This document shows, piece after piece, positions 39,524 through 57,756 of a DNA stretch of 64,000 nt. Below the pieces are notes generated by a model, which was given only the letters and a program-made list of their open reading frames with translations, was not told the DNA's origin and did no database searches. This stretch comes from Octopus vulgaris (lineage: Eukaryota): the NCBI GenBank assembly GCA_951406725.2, contig OX597825.1, positions 15,004,001 through 15,068,000 on the forward strand, in the 5' to 3' direction. The translations under genes and the position numbers were made by a program. How positions within the stretch are numbered: position 1 is the stretch's first letter; each line of letters opens with the position of its first letter.

Positions 39524-40951
39524 ATGGAAGAAATAGCCTTTAAATAAACATATAGCAAGTTTTTTTTATCTTAATTACAGGGAATATCCCCTCCAGGTAT
39601 TTTATCAACTGCCTTATCAAACATCTAAAGACTGCATAGACCAAACTTGAATGATTTCTTATTTCAGAGTTCTTCCTGGTAATCTTCTGCTGTTTTTGGA
39701 TAAGTATTAATTTTGCTTTCTATATGTAGTTAAAATTTTAATTTGCAGCATTTTTTTTAACGATATTTGTACTTTTTCTATGTTGTGATATTTCAGCCCT
39801 GTACTTTCTGATGGACGTGTTGTGAATGTATTTATTTCATTAACAAGTTCATGACTTATAACGTGGCAAATTTTATTTATGAGAAAATTTATGAATTTAT
39901 GATGTCATTTTCTTTTTAGCAAACACTTGCTGAGGGTAGAAGCAATCAATTATGTTTACCTTTTATCCTTCTACCTCGCTAATATACATAAAATGTCTTT
40001 CGTCTCAATCTGCCTCTTTATTTCTGTTCACTCCTTCCATATTTTCCTCTTCCTCCTTCCTCATATTCTGATTTCCTTCTTTCTACAATTCCCTTTTTTT
40101 TTGTCCATCTATCAATCTTGTTTTATCTGGTCTTGCTACATTTCATCAGTTTCCATACTGGTTAATAGAAAACGTCCAGCGTGGCCCCTGAGCCATCGAT
40201 CATGAGCTGATTTTTTTTAATACTTGGCTTAGTGGAATGCACAATATTCTATAATCTTTGTCGACATGTTTAGCGAAAATAACTATCGCTCTTGGGAAGC
40301 GATTCCGCAGAATCCGTGTCTGATCTAAACGAATAGGGTTGTGCAAAACTACAGATATAATCTTTTACTTTTCTTTTTGTCATATGATCGATACAAAACA
40401 CTATTAATCTCTATTTTATATATTGCATTATACTTTTCATTACAAATTAAGCGTAACAGATTACATTAGACGTTTCCATAACCATTATACCTGTGTAATA
40501 AGCGACTAGATTTTCCAGAAGTGCATTATACATTGCATAAAATTGCGTGATTTATGTTAGTGTCTTCTACACACAAAAGCATCGTGCATGCCATAATTTA
40601 TGACAAAGGGAATACACCAAAAAAAACGGTCCTCCACCATCCATTTTATCAGCACATAAGAAGCTATACAACTTTAGATGTATGAAGTCAAAGCCCTACA
40701 TCTACCTGACAACCTTTAGACACGGATCAGTATGTTAAATTACGAGCAAAGGGAACTGCGCAGTGACATTTATAACTGCAATGTTCTGATAATAACGCAG
40801 ATCACAATGTCATAAATTCTAAAAGATCTCAATATAATTCAAAGAGAACCTGGGTAAGATTAAAACGGATCTTCTGAAATCAATATCAAAGACGAGACCA
40901 TTCACATGTCCACTGCAGATTACATTTGACATAAAAAATCTATAGGTATAA

Positions 40952-41300
<349 letters not shown>

Positions 41301-42574
41301 TAAAACAGCCATATTCTTTATATGTACTTATATATTCACAATTTTTCATATAAATTATTGCTGACCATCTATACAAACAGTCCGCTCGCCCATTTACGCA
41401 CACATTTACCTCACCAACTAACGAGAATAATATTCTTATTAGATTGCAATGACATATAACAATAGGAATTTTCAAGTTAACGTTTAATACCAAATTTAAA
41501 GATTCATAATCAAAGCAAACGTTCTTTCAAAATTTTACACATCAAAGATACAGAAGAACCGGAGGAAATACGCACATGCATAGATGCACACTCACACACA
41601 CACACTCACAAACACAAAGGAGTATTTAATAAATCAATATATACACACAATACCTTCTACAATACGATATACAATAGAAGAGCTGCATTGGTTTATATAT
41701 TCGATGGTGATATCAATATTTACAAAGAAATGCAGGAATCTACCGAACCATACTGAAAATCCGAGAAGAAATCAAACGTGGTTGGTTTACATCTTGATAA
41801 TTAAAATTAAAATTTAAAAATAGAAAATCCTACAGTCTAGGATTTTCGGATCATATACATGTATAAAAAGTTCAGATTACTTTTTTTCTTAACATTTGAG
41901 AGCCATTGAATTTTGGCCCTTATGCTAAGGTATCAAAAAGATTTTACCTCTTCATTTTGTTTTCTTTTTGGTTTCAACGTGAATTGTTTTGGATTTGACT
42001 CTTCTGGAATAGCGTACCTATCTTCTTTAAGACAAAATTTTTTTTCAGGGGAAAAAGTATTTTTGTACGACAATCAAGCATATGCTGTCTATTTCTCTTG
42101 AGAGAATAATGGAACATTGATTTATATTTGGAAATATGGTTTCTCTTCATATATCTACCAATCTGTAACAGATTATGTTTTGTGATTTCGTGAACAAAAT
42201 ATCACATTTTAGAAAACCTTTGACTTCAGCTTTCTAGCACAAATCTACTGAACTGCAACATAAACAACACTGAAATGCTCTTCGTTGCATTATTTACATA
42301 TTTCAGTGGATGAAAACTGATAAACATTTCTACCCTTCCAATTATTGAGATTGATCTATTTTCTATGTAGAAGAATATATCAAAATCAAGTTCCCTCTAC
42401 CTTGGTTTGAATAAATTTAAGTTTTAAATTAGTTTTTAAGGATAAACAGAAGATTAGTTATAATAATATCTGTGATGGAAATAAATATTTCGTAAGCCTA
42501 AGGGAAGGATTAAGTCTTGTAAACTTTTAGTAAAGGTTTCCACAGAAAACGACATAATCACACTAATATCTAAA

Positions 42575-43138
42575 TATTAGGTTGTCCGGAAAGTTAGTGC
42601 CGATATCTAAAGGAAAGAAAAAGATCAATAGATACTTGCCATTACATTTTTAATCAACCAAATATGAATCATTTTGTTGTACAATGCGTCGCATCTTTCC
42701 TTTAACTTGAAAATACTCTCTTCCCAGAATTGAGGTGATTTCATGGCAAAGAATTCCTCAATGTATCTTTTTACGTCATCCAAGGAATTGAAATTTTTAC
42801 CATTAAGACTGCAGACACCTGAATAAGTGGGAATCCGAAGGAGCAATATCTGGTGAATATGGAGGATAGGGTAACACATCCCAACCGAGCTGCAGCAATT
42901 TTCTTCTGGTTCCCAAAGCATCAAGTGCCGAAAATGAACTTTCTTATCTTCCATTTTAAAGGGTTACAGAATTAACACAGGTTATAGGAACATAAACCTT
43001 CTTCCAGGAAAAGATAGCTTAAACTGTGCTCTAAACGGAGGTGTAGTCAAATCCTATTTTATGGACTCAACCATGTTCTAAAATAAGTCGAAAGCTAAGC
43101 TACTATAAATCGGCACGAACTTTCCGGACAACCCAATA
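42575..43138 (-). mobile_element. 564-bp non-autonomous mariner deletion derivative
   Basis: Near-perfect TIRs tattaggttgtccggaaagttagtgccgat / atcggcacgaactttccggacaacccaata; N-terminus MEDKKVHFRHLML fused to LGWDVLPYPPYSPDIAPSD (alternate frame) and the C-terminus. Confidence 0.93.
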
Positions 43139-44741
43139 TTATATAAACTGATGGGCAACTGAAAAATGATCTGCGATGCTTATATCAACTAAGCATATAT
43201 TCAATATATTCTACTGCGTGATATTCAAACGTGTGTCTAGCACATAACTGTATATACATACATCATCGATCCAGCCATAAACACAGCGGGAAAATGTGTT
43301 CGAGAGAAATTAGCAAATAGCTAAATGAAGAAAAAAAAAAAGAAAAAAATACAAATTTCAGCGAGACGATTTATAAATATATAAAAAGAATAGCATCCAA
43401 AGAATAAAGAACGAGACATAAATTAAAATTACAATGAGTGCTTCTTTGAACATGGATTCCTGTATATTACCGCCATGTACAAAAAAAAAAAATGATGTAT
43501 ACACATGTCGCCATCATCAGCAGGGAATATAGTAAACAGTATGAGAAGGTTCCTGACTTTTATACCAGCTTCCATTATTTTAATTGTTTAATCCACAAGA
43601 ATCACTGAGTCTAGTCGAAAATTTGAAAAGATGCAAATACCTGTTATGTGTAAAAATCGATATATTTGAATAATCAATATATTAGAATATTCAGTTCATT
43701 TGAATATGTGTGAAATCAATATATTTGAATAAAATTAATAATTAGATTCAGAAGAGGAATATCATGATAATATCAGCGATTCTAATAATATATCGAAGAC
43801 AAGAGAACTTTTTTAAATTCTTGCAAAAGATTAGCAAAGCGCTCATTTTAATAGAAACGAAAATCGAATTACTAGTCGATAATATATATTAACTTTAACC
43901 GAATGACATTGGGGTCAGTATTAGAAGTCACATACATAAACGTATATTTAAATGTATGCCATATATCCATGGAAAAAATATTTGAGATATGAACTTCATG
44001 TTCTTTTCTTTGGTAGGTTTCCCCCTGTCCAGTAAAGCTAGATATATGAATATGCTATTGAGTTGATATTCATTTTTATCCTTCATTGAACTTTTGTTAA
44101 ACTTTTACTCTATGTCTATGAAATATATTTTCATATCACAAGTATCATACGTTTTTTTCTCTGTATTTAATTATTAACGTCTGCTTTTGGTGTCAGACAA
44201 TTTTTCCATTGTAGGATTTTCTCCTAACAGAAATAGATTCGTGAAGTTTTACAAATTGTGTGAGCACAGGTGTATATGAAAGCCAGTAACATTTTTATAG
44301 TGTTCATTCTATAAACTAAGGATGAATCAGAGTTAGCTACGTTCGTGTAATTTTATATACTATTTCCTCACTAAAATAATTATGTCCACAGAATAAATAT
44401 ATGAAATCTGTGTTTGTATCAGATAATATACCTTAACACTTTCTGCGATCCTTCTCGTTTAATTTGTTTTTATACATTTAAAAGTATCACTCTTATAGTT
44501 GATTTTTTTTGCATGTCATTGAGTTGAGAGATAAATATTCTTGTTGTCGAGGAATCTTCTCATCAGTAATATACTTTCTATCTTCTGAATTTATTTAGTA
44601 ATGTTTATTTCTGTACGAACACTTTCAAATATAATTTTTCAAATGCAAATATATTTTTTCAAATACTTCAGTTTTTCGAATCATTAGTTATTTTCGTTTA
44701 CGTTTATGCATAAAAGAAAGGAATAATATTTGAAAAAGACT

Positions 44742-44860
44742 TACCTGCATCAGAAAGATATTTGTTCAATTTGAAACTCAAAGTGCTGGTACAGATACTC
44801 GCAGTGCATTTCGTCTGATTTGGATTTCCACCAATCCATAGCAGTGGAGTATTCTTCTGT
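44742..44860 (-). pseudogene. hAT transposase C-terminal dimerisation-domain relic
   Basis: Across frameshifts: MDWWKSKS..SVPA..VS.IEQI.SDAG, matching hAT WWK..SVPATSxxSERxFSxAG. Confidence 0.55.
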
Positions 44861-45620
44861 TTATAGGCCACGGAAGAACGAAGAATGTATAGTGAGAAAT
44901 CTTAGTGTATAAAATTGTATTAAACGGAATCGCATAGGAAAGATACACCTCTGCTCTGAATTATAGGCACGTAATTCTAACGGAAAAATATACACGCATT
45001 ATGTAAGAGCTGACGTCGTTCATTTATCATTTTGACACCATCTTTAATCAACAGGATTATCATAATAGGGCCTACTTACCAATCAGTTTTATTTTTGCTT
45101 TTTGCATGTTTTCTTTTTGATTTTTAATTTTTTTTCGGAAAGAGAGTTGAATGATATTTCATGGAATATAATTGACAGGATTTTAAACAGTATGAATTGT
45201 TTAAAGGGACTGTCTTTTCATTTACAAGCGATTGGCACAATGTTTCTAAGCATTCCACAATCCATAGTCTACTATATAGTGATAGAATACCTATCAAGCG
45301 AGTGGCCCCGTTTTAGATGTAAAACAGGATGTCGTTGAACATAGAAACAACACCGTCCCGGGAAAAGGAGCGCCACGTCATTGCTGTCATTATTTCAATG
45401 CTGGACAATATGAACAGCCTAATGCGGGCACAAAACAGAATGGCATAATATTGCCAGCGCAGCTGTGAAGCACAAAAGCTCATTTTGCAAGCCGCTGACA
45501 TGGGTGTGCTTACAAACACGGGTTCCAGGGCTCAATCCTACTACGCGGCACTTTAAAATACTAGTACTATGAACCCAGATCGACAAATAATTATGACTGA
45601 AAGTCGTAACAGGGACATTG

Positions 45621-45623
<3 letters not shown>

Positions 45624-45672
<49 letters not shown>

Positions 45673-45682
45673 TATAAATATA

Positions 45683-45780
<98 letters not shown>
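45624..45780. repeat. (TA)n(GATA)n expansion inside a diverged family D SINE (about 45500-45960)
   Basis: SINE-like flanks ggttccagggctcaatcc and tttgacaacaggtaccggttggtttac..tttaatggctgaaacaag. Confidence 0.75.
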
Positions 45781-47086
45781 GTCATTGTGTCAGTCGTTGC
45801 CCACAAAGTTTGACAACAGGTACCGGTTGGTTTACTTACCCTTTGTTAAAAAGGAAGGATAGATATGTACCAGAGTTTTTTAAAAATATATTTTAGGGTT
45901 AATTGTTCGGACCACATACCTGGAACGGGACTGCAGTTTAATGGCTGAAACAAGGAAAACGTACAGCAGACATTGAAAAGAATATATAGCAAAAAATTAA
46001 AGCTACATGTTCTTTTCGAATTTAAAGGCACTGCAGAAAGTAGTCTTGATGTATTCATCTGACAGTTAACTAAATACATAGAGTTATTGGACTGGAAATT
46101 AGAACATCCGTTATATATGCTACAGGAGAGCAACAGACCGGGATATTCAAAGAATCGTGCAGTATCTGACGTCATACGTCAACCTGATTATCAACTGAAA
46201 ACTGAATTAATATTTGCAGGAGATTTGTTCGCAAGAATATGTTTAATACTTTTTATAGATATATTTTAATCATAACATCATATATGTATTTTATTCAGAG
46301 CACGAGTGTGAGCTATATACACATTTATATATTTTGGGGAATAGCTAGAAAATGCGCTGTGCTGCACTGCACTGGAAGAAAAAAAATACAATAACATTTT
46401 ATATGTTTCTTTAAAAATAATGGTATAATCGAAAATATTTTGGATTACGTTCTCCAAAACATGGAGAAAATGACTATAGAAAAAACTATAGAAAATTCTT
46501 ATAAAAATTCCTGACAAACTCTTGCTTTGCATTTATATTTCGGCATCACATGACAATACAATAACGAAATGCTGCCATCATATAACATTGCTTAATAGAA
46601 GCTTGCCAAATAAAATAACTGTTTTGTTCTCTCAACCTGCCATGTCAATTTTATTATGCATAAATCAGTCTTCTTTTATGGAACATTCGTTTACATAATG
46701 TTCATAAAATGGTAGAACGAAGCTAGCTGGAATTTATTCCATCTATTTTGGAATCATGAATCAATTACGGAAATAAGACTTGCAGAACAGAATTGTTCTC
46801 ACCACTGATTTTTAATATTAGATAACTTGTGACATTTATGTAGTTTACAATACTTGTTCGCGTTACACTATCAGCATGGAAATTAAGATTAGGTTAAATT
46901 GTCAGGAAAGTTAACTGTAAATATGGAAATGTAGTAAGATATATATGTGCGTTTGTGAGAGAGAGAGAGAAAGAATGAAAGTGTTTGATTGCGTGTGTGT
47001 ATAAGACGTTGTACACAAAATATGGACATATATATTTATAATTATGTATGTATGTAAGTGTGCACGTGTTTATACATACACACATG

Positions 47087-47109
47087 TATCTATCTATCTA
47101 TCCATATAT

Positions 47110-47163
<54 letters not shown>

Positions 47164-47415
47164 GTATATATGTGTGTGTGTATGTACTTAGTTGTTCCGT
47201 TTAGGTAAAATCAACAAACGAAGTTTTCCGACTCTCCAACCAGTAAGAGATAAATTTCATTTAATGTATCCAGTGTAAATATGAGATTTACAAATAGTCT
47301 CTTGCTGTGGAAACACGTGTCTAAGCAGTTTTTTTATAACAAACATTGCGTCGCTAAGCAGAAATTAGGCAGTGTAAATAAAATTATATATACATGTCTA
47401 TAATTATATAGCAGA

Positions 47416-47458
<43 letters not shown>

Positions 47459-47521
47459 TATATAAATCTATATATATACACATATATATATATATATACA
47501 CACAATATATAAATCTATATA

Positions 47522-47611
<90 letters not shown>
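47087..47611. repeat. Two (TA)n clusters (47087-47182 and 47418-47611)
   Basis: Seen directly. Confidence 0.9.
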
Positions 47612-47614
<3 letters not shown>

Positions 47615-48854
47615 GCTAATTAATGTTTTAAGGCTACCATTGATTTCATGTTAAGATAGAAAATATCTTAATATTTTAAGAAGTTTTGAAGCCGAGTACG
47701 TGGAGGAATGGTGTGAGTCTCTATTTCTCCGTTTTGAATGAATATAGAAAATCGAGATGAACACCCTTCCCCCATGAGATCGGCTTGAAAAATAGTTATG
47801 ATTTAAGAATATATAAAGAAATTTTATCGACCAATGCGATGTTGAGCACTCATTCTCATTGTTCAACATGTGTCAGGAGGAAATATTACATGCGCAAAAT
47901 GTGACATGTGCAGGGGTTGATACATATTTCCATAGAAACCAATCAGCTTCGTGTAGTTCCTTCCTGTTATTTATAGCTCGTCGCATCTCGTTGATGATGA
48001 GGGTATCCATGAACTCTGTGTTAGTCACATGAATTTGTATTACTAAGAATTCTTTCAAACCACGTTCACTGCCCCCAGCAATGCCATAGCTCGTGAGCTG
48101 AAACTAGGTAAAATAAAAAATGAAATAAAATATCATTACATTCAATCATTTCTTGGTTACTTTATTTGTGATTTCGACGAACCGTTGTATCATTGCGCGA
48201 CGTTTTTCGTAATTACAGTCACTTTTATACCATGGAAATCGGATTAGCTTTTAATTAAATGATTACTAGGCTTATAAATTCCCTCATTACGTTAGTTTAT
48301 AGCGCTCGTATTAAATATTACTAATTTCACCAAGCAGACAGCTCCATACTTTCTCTAGAAACGTCATGAACCAAACTCCTCGAATAGCATTTGTGGCAGC
48401 AAGGACACCATTAATTCTTTCATTAATATCGCATGATACACAAAAACATAAGGTAGCATAAAGGATATTGAGATTGTGTTAGTCTAATTTCACTTGTAGC
48501 GTTAACTTCACAGTACCCGTCGGAGGTCATCGGAGAAATACAGTGAGTCAATAAAACGAGATAAGACGAGATTCATGAATGACCCGTTGTACTAGGAATC
48601 ATTATAACAATTGGCAATAGTAGTTACGCTGATTATCTAAAATGACGCTAGATACAGTAGTGTTACATGTTGCAGTTGATAAACGCACATCCAAGCGAAG
48701 TGCTATAATTCCAGCCTCTTCCATACCTCATCAGTATTATATGTGACCGTGTTCTCCAACCATACTATAAGGATTTCACCTTTTAACAGAAGATGATTAT
48801 TATTGTTTCTCATAAAGATGCACGTGCGTGTATGTATGGATGTAAATTATTGTG

Positions 48855-51572
<2,718 letters not shown>

Positions 51573-53721
51573 CAACTGGAAACTGTTCCTATAGGAGAAA
51601 AAAATATTTCTAGTAAACTATAGAACAAGATCAAATTATATGATTTACTACAAAAATTCTAATAAATAAATAAAATGACACGAAATGAAAGGTTTTAAAA
51701 TGCAGAGAAATCGAGGAAAATATGTTTCCATTCGCTGAAAATGAGTGGAGTTTAAATTGATTGTTTTCTTTCTTCTTTTTCAGGAATGAATTAACTCATT
51801 CAGGAGTGAAATAGTTTGAATGTTATAAAGTGATACCATATCATAAAATGGCGTGAATGACAGTTTTGGTGACTACAATTTTAACCTATAAAATTATTTT
51901 TTAAAAGAATATCACAAGCCTAATATAGGTTGCGCTGCACATATAAATGTACTTCGGTGCGTACATTCAGTTGTGTAGGTATAATTTGACCGACATGCCA
52001 TTTTCTCAGTATATATATATATATTGTTGCAATTCTTTCAAAATGTGTCGTTTTGGACACCACATTTGTTATTGATTATTATATCATCAGAAGAAGTATA
52101 CATCAATTTATTAGGTTATAATGTATCACTCAAATATCCGTGCTATGTAATATAGTCTGAATTCCATCTTCGGATTATATTACGAGCTGAAACTTTGTTC
52201 CAGTTGGTTACAGATCTCTGGTTCGCGCGACGACTCCTAGTGCAACCGTAAAAGGGAACAAACTTTTGTCATCAACCCCAAAGTTATGTCATCTGCTCTT
52301 CATGCGCAAAATTTGCATAAGTATTCTCTTCTTGTAGACGTGATATATGTCTCGCTTTATAAGCTATTGATGAAACCATGTTGATGGGAAACAGACTTCT
52401 TAGCACACAGATTGTATACGTACATACATGCATAGGTACCTGCCTAGGAATCTACATACCTACATACATAAATACTAACATACATACATACATACACAGA
52501 TACATACATGCATACATACATACATACATACATACATGCATAAAAGCATACATATATAAAATCTCGGTTTGTTGTCTTTAAATCGGAATAATACACCCTC
52601 AATAAGATCAATGGAGTGGTTATTTTTTTTTATACACCATCAAGCAGTATATTGCTTTCTATGGTATGTAACAGATCAAAATTTCGTTCACGATTTTGCG
52701 GCAACTGTTGCATTTGACAATATTGACAGCTCTTCATGCTTGTTAGCCCTAGAGGAATAGCCTCTTTTAAGCTGGATGCATATACCAGCTCTGGATATCC
52801 CGGTGTTGAACTGGAAAAATAAAATGCTAATGAAACATTTTAGCATTTTGAGGAGGAAACTATTGACTTTATATAACATAAGGAAACTTATGACATTCTG
52901 ATAGGCATGGTTGTATCATCCCGTTTATTTGTGTATCCTAGTCCAAAAATGGGTGTGACTACGTTCCCAAAACGTATTTCCACGCATGTGGGCAGGGTCT
53001 AAATATTTCGATTTTCGATTTCACGAAAACACTCGGTTTGTGTTAACTTTTAAGAATGATTCTCCTTCTCGAAACACAAAGTTTGCGATGCTTACTCCCA
53101 TACAGATGCAGCGAAAGTAGTCCTTGCATTGCCAATTTCCTTTTTCTACTGATTTGCCAATATTTAGCGTATCCTGGATTTTAAATGATGGGCCCTTCAT
53201 TTCTCCTACATGTTTCGTTGGTATATCGCACCACTATTGTTGGGCGAGACCAGCTCTGTTTCTTACGCTCCGCCTACATGTTACATTTTCTACACCCTGA
53301 TCACCTGTAATAGATCCTTCGTGATCAATCTAGCTTTGACCCGGGTCTTGTTTTTTTTTCAGCTCTTCGTTTATACTTGTATTATAATCTGTTTGCGGAT
53401 ATGGATTCAGACGACCACGGTTGATGCCACGCCGACTAACAAGCAAAAATGAATAAGGGTGATTTATCAGACATTACCTCATGTCGTTCCAAACAAAAGG
53501 TTGCGTAGATGGTGCAGCGGGCTATGGAATATCCCCCTATTTAACTATAATTCGACGAGCAAGCAGTTCATTTGAACGGTCAATTGCAATTTAACGTCGC
53601 AGAATTAATTATTATCTATTAGAACCAATATGTTACTTACATCATTGTTATTGAATTGGGGTTAATTTAAATATCTAATAGAGTTATCTTGGGAGTAAGA
53701 ATTGTTGTTTCCGATACAATA

Positions 53722-53938
53722 TATTGGTTCCAAAATTTGGCACAAGGCTATACGTGTCAGGGGAGGAGCTAAGTCGATTAGATCGACAGCAGTGTTCTAC
53801 TGGTACTTATTTTATCGACTCCGAAAGGATGTAATGCAAAGTCAACCTCAGTGGAATTTGAACTCAGAACGTAGCGAGGGACAATATGCCGCTAAATATT
53901 TTAACCGGCGTTCTAACGATTCTGCAAGCTCGCCTCCT
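53722..53938 (-). mobile_element. Diverged family A SINE
   Basis: ctggtacttattttatcgactccgaaaggatg..ggaatttgaactcagaacgta..taacgattctgcaagctcgcctcct. Confidence 0.85.
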
Positions 53939-54999
53939 CAACAGATCAAAATATATTAGTCACAGGTTTGTTCCGAATTACCTATGATATTGCAAAAGCG
54001 TAGTGTGTGTTAGGTATGATGGTAGAACTGTGACGTAGCGTTTGGTTTGGTATCACGTGAAATAGCGTGAATGTATGTGTAAAATTCTGTAAAATAACAT
54101 ATAGGTAGAACTCCTGATGATTTATAGCCAAATGTCTAATCAAGAGAGGTATTCCATTAGTTTTTCAAAGTAACGCCAAACATTATCCATGTTGCATATG
54201 AATCTGTGGTGTGTTTGCTTTGTGGCTAGAGATTCAAAATAACATATTATTTACAGATTTCCTCTGTTCATGATGAAGACCTATGAGTAAAATGTAAAAA
54301 CTCAATTAAATATGACGACAGACTAAATAATGTATATTATTTATTGTACATTTTGTTATTGTTTGTTAATTCCTAGATGTAAGACATTGAAAGTTACGTC
54401 ATATCATAAGTTCGGGAAAGTTAAGAAACCATTCAAATCTCAGAGACAACATTACAAAACTAATAATCTAATTAAATTAGGTGTTACATATTGAAAAATA
54501 AACAGTAAAATAAACGGAGAGAAAAGAAAACAGAAGAAACTTTGAGAAATCAATTTCTAAAGTTTGCGATTTTATAATGTTTGGTTGCTTAAAACATGTT
54601 ATCTAACATGTCGAAGATACACGGAGGTGGAAAACGACAAACCCCGGTGGTATATTCACATACGTGTGCGTTTATGCAGTCTATATATAGCCGTACATTC
54701 TTCTCAGCATAATGATGCGTGTGTATTTGTATGACGTCGTTTAAATGTTAGGTTATATATATTGTGAAATTTATTCCCACGCTGGAAGAAATATAAGAAA
54801 ATTTTTAACTGCTCCAGAGTCTCAAAATGTGTAGCAGTTTTTAAATTTTGTAATAGCTTTATTGAAATGTCAAATGGGTTTCAACAATGTTTTGTTGACC
54901 TATGGTAAAAAATACTGTAAATGTCAGATTTAGGAGAGTTTAAATTTACAACTCCCGTTTCTGTAATCTAAAACATATACTGGCTGCGAATATGGAAAA

Positions 55000-55135
55000 T
55001 CATGAATGATCTCAAGGATGATCATAAAATAGTTATAAAAAGAAGCTGATAAAGGGAGAACTGTAGTCATCATGGACCGAAAATAATACATAAACATTAC
55101 CATAACTCTCCTTCAAGACAACACCTATAATGCAA
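55000..55135 (+). pseudogene. Penelope-like element ORF fragment (DKG motif upstream of RT)
   Basis: ADKGRTVVIMDRK*YINITITLLQDNTY starting at 55045. Confidence 0.75.
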
Positions 55136-55959
55136 ACAAATCAACAATTGCATTCCATCTAAAACAATGGCAAATCTTACCACCTTTATCCATCAGTCTA
55201 CACAAAATTTGACTGCAAACCCAGCAGCGTTTATGGACTTCCAAAAATCCGGAAAAGGGAAGCCTCAAATGAAACGGGAGCAGATCAACCTCATTAGTCA
55301 TTAATAATGAACACCCGTGAGGTCTCAAAGTGAAGCCAATTGTTACTTATGGTTTTATTTGACCAATCACATTTTAATTGTTAAATTAATTAAATTATGA
55401 TCGTTACATATTAAATTTTCAATATTAACTGAACAATCTGTAAAACCATGTAATTCAAAAAAAAAGTTGTCTCTTCATCGCTTGTTCGAAACGCAACAGT
55501 ATATAAGCTGATACATTGTAGAGAGGCTTGAATAGAACTCGTACGAAAAATATAAAGATTGTTGCAAAAAACAAAGGGTGTATTGAACTCGATGCGTTAG
55601 TAATGGAAAGTTTTAAATGAGTTTGATAATTAAGGGCACTGAGAATGACAACTTAATTTTGTATTCAGATATTTAGACGAAGCAGAATTGAAATGTGTTT
55701 CCGTCGTCTTACAAATTGTTTTCATTTGACGTGCTTTAAAAATCTTACGAAGATTTGTTTATAGTTCAATAATCCAGGTTATTTCGTGTTATGGAGATAA
55801 TAGTAATAATTGAACACCCATCCCATCTGAGTGGCATGTGCTAGTCGTTGCAAATACTGTGAGTCTCAGTCGAGTAGTCGGTATATAGTCGTGTCTTATT
55901 TGTCTAATTAACTATATTGCTATACTGGATTGGACGTTATAGCAGTCCGACAGAGGATT

Positions 55960-56616
55960 ATAACAGCGGTGACGAGGTATTAACAAACTCACGAGGGTTA
56001 TACAAACTCACAAGGAGTTACGAATGTCACAAATGTTCCTGTGCAAATTTTACGGTATGCAAAATAGTAAAATTATGGACGAATTGTTGGCCAGTTTGCT
56101 CGAGTTGGAAAAACTGCAACGACAACTGAAAGAACAACAACAACTACAATTATTACAGCAACAACCGATACAGTCAATGAATAGCAGGTCATCAAAAAAT
56201 GTTTAAAAGATGTTCCCGTCAGATTTTGTCACAAATTCAATAACGGAATTTAAGTATGGACCAAATGAAGTTACCTTCAACGCGTATTATAGAGGATACG
56301 AATATATCTTTAATAAAGAGTGCCAAAGATTGGGACAGTGATATGAAAGTCCGTCTAATTCTAAGGAAATTCTACGGAAACTGGTAGCAGGAGAACGTGA
56401 GCGTTACAGAAATTACGTACTCCTGAAGAAACTTTTCCTGATATAAACTATAAAAAATGCAATTGATTTATTGTGTAAAATGTTTTCTAGTGAGGAAAGA
56501 TCGTTGTTCAAAACATGTTGGAAATGTTTAAACTCAGAAAAGTACAAGGATGACTACATCACATGTGCTGGCAGAGTGAACAGTGAGAGTGAAAAGAAGT
56601 TCAAACTGGACGAGGT

Positions 56617-56620
<4 letters not shown>
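55960..56620 (+). mobile_element. Ty3/gypsy (K02A2.6-like) LTR retrotransposon 5' fragment: decayed PBS and gag
   Basis: aaca-gcggtgacgagg resembles an LTR end plus PBS; gag peptides SITEFKYGPNEVTFNAYYRGYEYIF, KVRLILRK, ERYRNYVL and SLFKTCWKCLN..DYITCAGRVN..FKLDE; truncated by (TA)n. Confidence 0.8.
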
Positions 56621-56661
<41 letters not shown>

Positions 56662-56888
56662 GAGTTTACGAAAAAGATCAAATGACGAAGACAGGTGGAG
56701 TACAAAACAAACAGATGTATTAGTATAACGCTCAGGAATAGATAAAATTATTTTGCGTTTCCATCCTACGCTCTCCTACAGAGAGGGACTCATAAAACAA
56801 GGATAGAAACAAGGAGAGAGAAAAAAGGAAAGACAAAAAGTGTGTGTAGTGGCTAACGATCTATCATTGTTGTATTTACGGATGGATT

Positions 56889-56966
<78 letters not shown>

Positions 56967-57136
56967 ACGCATATATGGGTACAGGACATCAACAACTGTG
57001 CAAATATGACATACGTAAACAACGAGAGAGAAAAAACAGAAAAAGAGACATAGAGGAGAGAGAGTGACATATAGAAAATGTTGAAAGAAGGAGGGAGAGA
57101 AAAGGGAATTAGGGAAGTATAGAGGAAGAAAACAGT

Positions 57137-57176
57137 ATAGAGTAGAGTCGCATAAAAAGGTGAAGTAAAACTTATT

Positions 57177-57222
<46 letters not shown>

Positions 57223-57227
57223 TGATG

Positions 57228-57269
<42 letters not shown>

Positions 57270-57306
57270 GAGTAGAGTCGCATAAAAAGGTGAAGTAAAA
57301 CTTATT

Positions 57307-57352
<46 letters not shown>

Positions 57353-57357
57353 TGATG

Positions 57358-57420
<63 letters not shown>
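57137..57420. repeat. Exact tandem duplication (period 130 bp) of a unique segment plus (TAA)n
   Basis: atagagtagagtcgcataaaaaggtgaagtaaaacttattat at 57137 and 57267, with the same gat interruptions in the TAA run. Confidence 0.93.
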
Positions 57421-57423
<3 letters not shown>

Positions 57424-57611
57424 TATACATATGTATATATATATATATATATATATACAGAAGACACTTCTTCGGCCAAAGATGAAGCGGTACGACGCCC
57501 GTCGTCCATCATGGAATGTTAGATATGGCGATAGGCATGCGCAGTTAAAATAGGACAAACTGGACTATGTTTATTGCTTAACCGTCCAGTAGCCTTGTAC
57601 TTTTGAATTAG

Positions 57612-57756
57612 TTTTCTACTCTAAGCACAAGGTCCGAAATTGTGAGCGAGGAAGCCGGTAGATTAGATCGATCCCATTACGCAAGTGGTACTTAATTCAT
57701 CGACCCGGAAAGGAGGAAAGGCATAGTCGACTTCGGTGGAATTTGAACTCATAACG
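57612..57756 (-). mobile_element. 3' part of family A SINE
   Basis: ggtacttaattcatcgacccggaaaggaggaaaggcatagtcgacttcggtggaatttgaactc. Confidence 0.85.

Noticed and set aside
44745-44856. 112-nt open minus-strand exon (KNTPLLWIGG..LSDA) with CAG|gtaagt donor, Ig-like; also a CUB-like plus-strand peptide
   Set aside because: The three minus frames together give the hAT dimerisation motif (WWK..SVPA..EQIFSDAG), a simpler explanation; exonisation is not excluded
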